From the NCBI GenBank assembly GCA_963779755.1, contig CAVZZO010000001.1, forward strand, positions 992,001 through 1,056,000: a stretch of 64,000 nucleotides of DNA. The letters run 5' to 3'. The position numbers and the translations under genes were made by a program. Below, piece after piece: positions 55,198 through 64,000 of the stretch. The DNA is from an uncultured Gemmatimonadales bacterium (GTDB taxonomy: Bacteria; Gemmatimonadota; Gemmatimonadetes; Gemmatimonadales; GWC2-71-9). The notes beneath the pieces are model-generated. The model saw only the letters and a list, made by a program, of their open reading frames with translations. It did no database searches and was not told the DNA's origin. Each line of letters starts with the position of its first letter. Position 1 is the stretch's first letter.

Positions 55198-56407
55198 GGG
55201 CAACGCGTTCAGTGGACGGCAGGATGGTGCCGTACAGCTCTTCCACCGTCTGAAGGAAATCGTCCCATCCCAGCCGCTCCGCCGCCCAGCTTCCGGCCGC
55301 TTCCGCCAGCCGGCTCTGCTCCGCCGGGTCGGCCAGCAGGTCGGCGATCGCCGACCCCAGCGCCTCGGGCTCGGGACGAACCAGTCGGGCCAGGCGTTCA
55401 TCCAGTACCGAGCGATGGGTGGGAATGTCGGTCGCGACGATCGGCCGGGCCGCGGCCAGGTAGTCGAAGATCTTGAGCGGGAGATTGCCGCCGTAGGTAC
55501 GGGGGGAAACCAGCACGTCCGCCAGCGCGAGATAGGCGGGCACCCGGTCGCGCGGCTGCCGTTCGATCAGGCGGACCTGCGACAGTGGCATCTCCGCCGG
55601 GAATCGCCGGCGCAGCGAGTCGCGCGTGCCGGGCTCGGCACCTACCAGCACCAGGACGGCGCCGGGGTAGCGCTGGAGCACCCAGGGCATGGCGCGGGCC
55701 AGGAGCCCGATTCCCTGGTAGGTCTCGAACGTTCCACAATACAGGACCACGGGCTGTCCCGGCGCCAGCCGTAGCTGTTCCCGCAAATGCGACTGGTCAC
55801 CCGGCGCCGGCCGGCCGTTATGGGCCGCGAATCGCCATTCGCGCACCGGTGTGTTCGGCGCCAGCCGGCGAACCCGCTCACCGAGACCCGTGCTGCATAC
55901 CACGGCGTCGGCGCCCCGCACCAGCCACCGTTCCAGTTCGCCCGCCCAGATTCGAAGGGGGGGCAGGTTAAAGGGAAAATGGCAGGTCAACTGTTCGGAC
56001 ATGCTCGAGTGCATGTCATAGACCACAGCCGCACCGTATCGCCGCCCCCACAGGACGGCGGGGTAGGCGGCTTCCTCCACGGCGTGGACCAGGCGGTACC
56101 GCCCGGTCCGCAGGAGCGTCCGGAGCCGGGGAACCAGGGAACTGTCGAGGGCGAGCTTGCGGAAGGAGAGCCCGATGGGAACCCGGCGAAGCCCCAGCGG
56201 GTTGGGGGCGCGGAGCAGCCGTACCCCGGGCAAGTCCGGCGTCTCACCAATGGGATAGGTGAGCAGGTCGACCCCGTACGACAGCCGGACCAGGGCTTTT
56301 ACCAGTTGACGCACACAAATCGGCGTGCCCCGGTCTTCATAGAAAGGCTGGGGGGCCACCACCAGGACGCGATCGAGCGGAACTCCCCGAATCGCCGGGC
56401 CCATCAT
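55187..56407 (-). CDS. GT4 (GT-B) glycosyltransferase
   Basis: PFYEDRGTP, YQGI, ADVLVSPR, PLKIFDYLAAARPIVATD. Confidence 0.92.
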   Translation of the reverse strand: MMGPAIRGVPLDRVLVVAPQPFYEDRGTPICVRQLVKALVRLSYGVDLLTYPIGETPDLPGVRLLRAPNPLGLRRVPIGLSFRKLALDSSLVPRLRTLLRTGRYRLVHAVEEAAYPAVLWGRRYGAAVVYDMHSSMSEQLTCHFPFNLPPLRIWAGELERWLVRGADAVVCSTGLGERVRRLAPNTPVREWRFAAHNGRPAPGDQSHLREQLRLAPGQPVVLYCGTFETYQGIGLLARAMPWVLQRYPGAVLVLVGAEPGTRDSLRRRFPAEMPLSQVRLIERQPRDRVPAYLALADVLVSPRTYGGNLPLKIFDYLAAARPIVATDIPTHRSVLDERLARLVRPEPEALGSAIADLLADPAEQSRLAEAAGSWAAERLGWDDFLQTVEELYGTILPSTERVAHAG

Positions 56408-56470
56408 GCTATTTCCGGTCTGCCCGCAGGGCAGCCAAGCTGAAGAGCATTCAGGGAACCACCTGCCGTG

Positions 56471-56486
56471 CGCAAGAAGCGAGCCG
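56471..56486 (-). promoter_or_regulatory. Putative sigma-54 promoter (-24/-12) for the glycosylation operon
   Basis: Minus strand cGGCtCGcttcTTGCg has GG-N10-GC spacing and lies 63 nt upstream of the GT4 ATG. Confidence 0.45.
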
Positions 56487-56585
56487 TCTAGAATTCTCCT
56501 TGCCGGGCAGCCAGCACAGGCCAGCCCAGCGTGGCACCAGAATGCACTATGGGCCACGGCCGGCCTATGACACGGAACACAGACC

Positions 56586-57422
56586 TCAGAAACGGGCTTG
56601 CTGCAGGCGGGCGAGGAGCCGGGCCGCCTCTGAGCGGACCCTGGGGTTGGGGCTGGCAAGACCGGCAGAGAGAGCCGGCCGGGCGCGGGGGCCGATCTGA
56701 AGGAGGGTCGTGGCTGCTCCGTCACGGAGCAGGGAATCCCGGCTGCCCAGGGCGGTTACCAGAGACAGCTGGATGTCGGAAGATCCCCCAGCCAGGGTCA
56801 ACTGCTCGATGGCCTCCTGACGCAGAGCGGTGTCGGTGCTGCTCAGCTGGTCCAGGAGCGGGTTGCTCCGGCGGGTGGCGGTGGGGAGCCGGGCGATCCT
56901 GCCGATGGCCCAGTTGATCATCCTGGTGGTCTGCGGGTCGATTTCCTTATCCAGGGCGCGCTGCAGGTCGGGCAGGGCCGGCTGCGCCTGCAGCCCGGCG
57001 ACCCCCAGGCCGTAGGCCGCCCGGCGCCGAACCTCGGGCCGGGAGCTGTGGAGCGCCGACCGAAGCGGTGCCAGGCCGGTGGGCGCCAGGTGCCCCAGGG
57101 TCCACGCGGCCAGGTTGCCGGTCGAATCGTCGCGCGCCTGGAGAAGACCGGCGACGGGGCCGACGTACGGGCCGGCCGCGTCACCGTAGGTCGCGAGGGC
57201 CGCGAGCGCCTGCCGTCGCTCTTCGAGTGTGCCCCGGCCCAGCTGGTGTGCCCAGTATGCCACGGGGTGGCGGTCGGCGGTGTCGGGGGAAGCGGCGCTG
57301 CTGTCGCCGGAGAGGGAATCCTGGTCGGCTGCTGGCCGCGGCGGTCCGGAGCACGCCGCGCCGGCCGCCAGCACCAGCGACAGAATCACTGCTGCGGGCA
57401 GCCGCAGCGGACGAGCGCTCAC
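56586..57422 (-). CDS. HEAT-repeat lipoprotein
   Basis: GAAC lipobox, PBS/HEAT repeats (VRRRAAYGLG, VRSEAARLL); GTGA overlap with the acyl-CoA dehydrogenase gene. Confidence 0.78.
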   Translation of the reverse strand: MSARPLRLPAAVILSLVLAAGAACSGPPRPAADQDSLSGDSSAASPDTADRHPVAYWAHQLGRGTLEERRQALAALATYGDAAGPYVGPVAGLLQARDDSTGNLAAWTLGHLAPTGLAPLRSALHSSRPEVRRRAAYGLGVAGLQAQPALPDLQRALDKEIDPQTTRMINWAIGRIARLPTATRRSNPLLDQLSSTDTALRQEAIEQLTLAGGSSDIQLSLVTALGSRDSLLRDGAATTLLQIGPRARPALSAGLASPNPRVRSEAARLLARLQQARF

Positions 57423-58582
57423 TTCAGCATCAGCTTGGCGATGGTCTGCAGCTGCATGTTGCTGGTCCCCTCATAGATGGTGCCGATCTTGGCGTCGCGG
57501 TAGAACTTCTCCACCGGATATTCCCGGGTATACCCGAAGCCACCGAACAGCTCCAGAGCGAGCGAGGTGACCCGTTCGGCGACCTGCGAGGCGTAGAGCT
57601 TGGCCATGGCGGCCTGCTGGGTGAAGACCTGGCCGGCGTCGCGCAGGCGGGCCGCGTTGTACACCATGAGACGGGCGGCTTCCAGTTCGGTGGCGGCCTG
57701 CGCCAGCTGGAACTGGACGCCCTGGAACTCGGCAATGGTCTTCCCGAACGCCTGGCGCTCCTTGACGTACGCGGTAGCGGCATCAAGCGCCCCGCGGGCC
57801 ACGCCGATCATCTGCGCGCCGATGCCGATGCGGCCCTCGTTGAGGGTTTCGATGGAGACCTTGTAGCCCTGGCCCACGGGGCCGAGCACGTTGGCGGCCG
57901 GAACCGGGCAGTTCTCCAGGATGAGCTCGGTGGTGCTGGAGGCCTTGATGCCCAGCTTGTGCTCGCGCTTGCCGACCGTGAAGCCGGGGAAATCGCGCTC
58001 CACCAGGAAAGCAGTGATCCCCTTATAGCCCAGGGAAGGGTCGACCGTCGCGAAGACGATGAAGAACTCCGCCTCGGCGCCGTTGGTGATCCACATCTTC
58101 TGTCCATTTAGCACCCAGGCACCGTCGCGCTCCTCGGCGCGGCACTGCAGGGCGAAGGCATCGCTGCCGCTGTTGGGCTCGGAGAGGGCATAGGCCCCGA
58201 GGAGGTCGCTGGCGAGACGGGGCAGGTAGCGCGCGCGCTGCTCGTCATTGGCCCAGCGGAGCACGCAGTTGTTCACCAGGGTATTGTGCACATCCACGTA
58301 GATGGCCGACGCCGGATCGGTCTGCGACATCGCCTCGATGGCCAGGACACAGAGAAAGAGATTTCCTCCGGCGCCGCCGAACCGTTCGGGAATCTCGATG
58401 GCCATCAGGCCCTGTTCGAAGAACTTCCGGATGAGCTCAGGCTTGAAGATGCCCGCCTCGTCCATCTCGTGCACGTGCGGCGCGATTTCCTGCTCGGTGA
58501 ACTCCCGGATGGTGGAGCGGAACAGCTCCTCCTCCTCCGAGAGCATGGTCAGGGCGGGCACGCTGGCGGTCAGTTCCTGCAT
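57419..58582 (-). CDS. Acyl-CoA dehydrogenase (short/branched-chain type)
   Basis: YALSEPNSGSDA, KMWITNG, KLGIKASST, GGFGY, IYEGTSN. Confidence 0.96.
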   Translation of the reverse strand: MQELTASVPALTMLSEEEELFRSTIREFTEQEIAPHVHEMDEAGIFKPELIRKFFEQGLMAIEIPERFGGAGGNLFLCVLAIEAMSQTDPASAIYVDVHNTLVNNCVLRWANDEQRARYLPRLASDLLGAYALSEPNSGSDAFALQCRAEERDGAWVLNGQKMWITNGAEAEFFIVFATVDPSLGYKGITAFLVERDFPGFTVGKREHKLGIKASSTTELILENCPVPAANVLGPVGQGYKVSIETLNEGRIGIGAQMIGVARGALDAATAYVKERQAFGKTIAEFQGVQFQLAQAATELEAARLMVYNAARLRDAGQVFTQQAAMAKLYASQVAERVTSLALELFGGFGYTREYPVEKFYRDAKIGTIYEGTSNMQLQTIAKLMLK

Positions 58583-58636
58583 GATTTGCTCCGGAGGATA
58601 GCGTAGGCCGCCCGGTATGGCAGCGGCGGCTGCCAG

Positions 58637-58665
58637 ATTATACCTCCGCGCGGGAAGGCGTTCAA
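58637..58665 (-). promoter_or_regulatory. Sigma-70 promoter TTGAAC-N17-TATAAT for the acyl-CoA dehydrogenase operon
   Basis: Perfect -10, 17-nt spacer, TTGA -35. Confidence 0.7.
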
Positions 58666-58734
58666 CGGCGGGTGCAGCGGAGCTCCCGGGGCCGTGGACA
58701 GGCTCCGGTGGCTCGGGCTAGGTTCCGTGCTCTC

Positions 58735-59607
58735 ATGACCGCCCAGCCAGCCGGTCCGTCCAGCCACCTGCTTCACCGCCTCCGTGCCCCCGAGCCTCTC
58801 GTGGCGGTCGAGCTGCGGCCGCCCCGCACCGGGCTTGCCGCCGGCGAGAGCATGGATCTCTGGATCGACCTCTATCATGCCATCGCCCGCCTGGCGCGAC
58901 GGGACACTCACATTTTCCTGACGGACAATGCCGTGGGTCAGGCGGAGGAGGAGAACCTCGGCCACCTGATGTCGAACCTGGCGGGGGATGTCCCGCCGGC
59001 CCGGGTGGCGCCGTTCCTCACCTGCAAGCATACGCTGGAGTATTGCCTGCTCTATGCGGGCCGCGCCGCCGCGTACGGCATCGAGGCGATGACCGTGGTG
59101 GGGGGCGATTCAACGGGCGGCATTCCCCGGTGCGTGCCCCACGCCTATCTCCTGCGCCAGGCCATCCGGCAGCGCCTGCCGGGACTGACGCTGGGCGGCT
59201 GGGTGAATCCTCATGCCGATCCGGATCAGCAGATCGATTACCTGGTGCGCGAGGGTGCGGAGGCGGATTACTACCTGACGCAGATCGTGTCCCACCACGA
59301 TCTGCCGCGGATTGAGCGGTTTCTGGCCCGGGCCGGGCAACGCGGGGTAGCGACGCCCGGGGTCTTCGGCGTGTTCTTCTACCGCAGTGCCAACCCCCGC
59401 ACCCTGGCCCAGCTGGGGCACTACCTCCCGGTGCCGGCCGAGGGCATCACGAGGGAGTTCCAGGCGGGCCTGTCGGCCACCGATATCTGCGCCCGCACCA
59501 TCCGGGTGCTCCGGGAGGCCGGGGCGGAGAAGGTGTACGTCTGTAATCTGGGGTTTCAGCAGGTCGCGCGGCGCTATCAGGAGCTCATCGAACGGCTGGA
59601 GGGCTGA
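58735..59607 (+). CDS. Divergent methylenetetrahydrofolate reductase-like TIM-barrel protein
   Basis: VELRPP, LTDN, FLTCKH, VVGGD, NP, LTQ align to the MTHFR motif order. Confidence 0.72.
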   Translation: MTAQPAGPSSHLLHRLRAPEPLVAVELRPPRTGLAAGESMDLWIDLYHAIARLARRDTHIFLTDNAVGQAEEENLGHLMSNLAGDVPPARVAPFLTCKHTLEYCLLYAGRAAAYGIEAMTVVGGDSTGGIPRCVPHAYLLRQAIRQRLPGLTLGGWVNPHADPDQQIDYLVREGAEADYYLTQIVSHHDLPRIERFLARAGQRGVATPGVFGVFFYRSANPRTLAQLGHYLPVPAEGITREFQAGLSATDICARTIRVLREAGAEKVYVCNLGFQQVARRYQELIERLEG

Positions 59608-61427
59608 ACCGGCCGGCCAGGACTTCCAGCGCGAGCGGCACCCGGCCGAAGGGTGCGCTCACCTGGGCCCCCGCCACCGCCCCGTCCAGCGCGTCCAGGA
59701 CTTCCCGCGCGATCGCCACGCCCTCCGCCAGCGCTGCCTCGGCGCCGTGCTCCTGCGCCCCGCGCATCCGCTCCAGCGTGGCGGGCGGGATAACAATGCC
59801 GGGAACTTCGTTGGCCAGGAACTCCGCATTCCGCAGCGACAGAAAGGGCCAGAGGCCGGCCAGCACCGGCAGGCCGAGCGCCAGCACCCGGGGCAGGATA
59901 CGCACGAGCCCCGCGGCGTCGAACACCGGCTGGGTGACGATGAACTCGGCGCCTGCCTCCACCTTCCAGGCCAGCCGCTCCAGCTCGCGCTCGAGATCGC
60001 CGGCGCCCTGGTTGAACGCCACGCCGATCACGAACCGGGTGGGAGGCCCGATGCTGTTGCCCCCCGGATCGAGTCCCCGGTTGAGCTGGTGCACCACGTT
60101 GGTGAGCCCGATACTGTCGATGTCGAATACCGCCGTGGTATCGGGATAGGGCCCCATCACCGGGGGATCGCCCGTCACCAGCAGCACGTTCCTGAGCCCG
60201 ACGGCGGCAGCGCCCAGCAGGTCGCTCACCATGCCGAGCATGTTGCGATCCCGGCAGGTGTAGTGGACGATCGGCTCGATGCCCACCTCATGGCGGATCA
60301 GCATGGCCGCCGCCAGCACCCCCATACGGCTGTGGGCCCGCGGGCTGTCCAGCACGCTGACGGCATCCACGCCGGCTGCATGGAGGGTGCGCGCCTGGTC
60401 CACCAGCGCCGCGGGATCCCACCCTCTGGGCGGCAGCAGTTCGACGCTGGTCACGAATTGGCCGGCCGCCAGACGCCGCCCCAGCTCGCTCCGCTCGGCC
60501 ATCGGAGCAGGCTCCGCGGCGCGGGTTTCCGGGGCTGCCACCGCCGGCGCTCCCGGCGCGATCATGCGGGGCTGCAGGGTGGTGACGTAATCGCGGATCT
60601 TCCGGATGTGGTCCGGCGTGGTGCCGCAGCAGCCGCCCACGAAGCGCACCCCGGCCCGGATGAGACGGCGCGCGTAGCGGGCCATGTACTCGGGGCTGCT
60701 CAGGTAGATCCGCCGGTCGCCGACGGCGCGCGGGAGGCCGGCGTTGGGCTGGGCGGAGAGGGGCCGGTCGGTGGCGCCCGCCATGCGTTCCACGGCATCG
60801 AGCATGGGGACCGGGCCCACCGAGCAGTTCAGCCCCACCACGTCGGCGCCCAGGGCCGCGAGGCGGGCGGCGATGGTCTCGGCGGGCGCCCCGTAGGGTG
60901 TATCGCCGTCCTCGCCCACCGTCATCTGCGCCACGACCGGCAGGTCCGTCAGCCGGCGCACGGCGCGGAAGGCGGCCTCGATCTCGTCCAGATCGGCGAA
61001 GGTCTCCAGCACGAAGCCGTCTACCCCGCCCTCCAGCAGCCCGCTGACCTGCCGGGCGAAGAAGGCGGCGGCCTCGTCCCGGCTGGTGGGCCCCCAGGGC
61101 TCGATCCGGATGCCGAGCGGGCCGATGGCCCCCGCCACTGCGGCGCGCCCGTTGGCGGCCCGCCGGGCCAGCGCGACGGCGGCGCGGTTGATCTCCTCGG
61201 TGCGTTCTTCGAGGCCGTAGGCCGAGAGCTTCACCGGGTTGGCGCCGAAGGTGTTGGTCTCGAGTATCTCCGCCCCGGCCCGGACGTAGGCCCGGTGCAC
61301 GTCCTCCACCTGCTCCGGTTCCCGCAGGTTCAGCTCGTCATAGCAGACGTTCACGAAGATGCCGCGATCGTAGAGCATCGTGCCCATGGCCCCGTCGAAA
61401 ACATGGACCCGCCCGTCGGCGATGAAC

Positions 61428-61444
<17 letters not shown>
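59585..61444 (-). CDS. yitJ: Bifunctional homocysteine S-methyltransferase / MTHFR
   Basis: DGAMGT, ETNTF, GLNC, GGCCG, then [20 protein letters not shown]. Confidence 0.93.

Positions 61445-64000
<2,556 letters not shown>

Noticed and set aside
56532..56547. TGGCAC...TGCA plus-strand sigma-54-like motif
   Set aside because: GG-to-GC spacing is 9 rather than 10, and it points away from any plus-strand gene.

Overview
GC-rich, densely coding bacterial chromosome segment. Gene content and style suggest Gemmatimonadota, which is my inference. It holds about 60 CDSs, mostly on the minus strand. I saw no rRNA, tRNA, CRISPR array, transposase or phage genes. Main blocks: (1) a rubrerythrin-VIT1 iron transporter, an ECF sigma/ZAS anti-sigma/PDZ operon and yggX; (2) an ECF/anti-sigma/Spy-like/TolC/ABC/MacA/2x MacB efflux operon, followed by a CBM9-DUF5916 protein and a cytochrome b/Mo-oxidoreductase pair; (3) lipid genes (cls, GDSL lipase, fadL); (4) a translationally coupled hypothetical-polX-nth repair module, in which PolX has lost two of three catalytic Asp and Nth has a Cys-to-His Fe-S ligand change; (5) peptidases, an HDAC and fRMsr; (6) a third ECF/RskA-type pair, a GGDEF protein and dacB; (7) a ~10 kb glycosylation locus (GT4, five GT2 domains, wzm/wzt, a GT-C enzyme and a decayed GT remnant with a TAATG-coupled mini-ORF chain); (8) metH, yitJ and a divergent MTHFR-like gene. 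Non-coding signals include five AAC-N17-CGT ECF-type promoters plus one AAC-N17-CAT variant, which allow sigma-to-target predictions, several leaderless-type -10 boxes, and eight intergenic short tandem arrays (7-10 bp units), several as inverted arms. Two genes are split by single-base homopolymer deletions, probably sequencing errors. All family calls come from motif recognition, not database searches.
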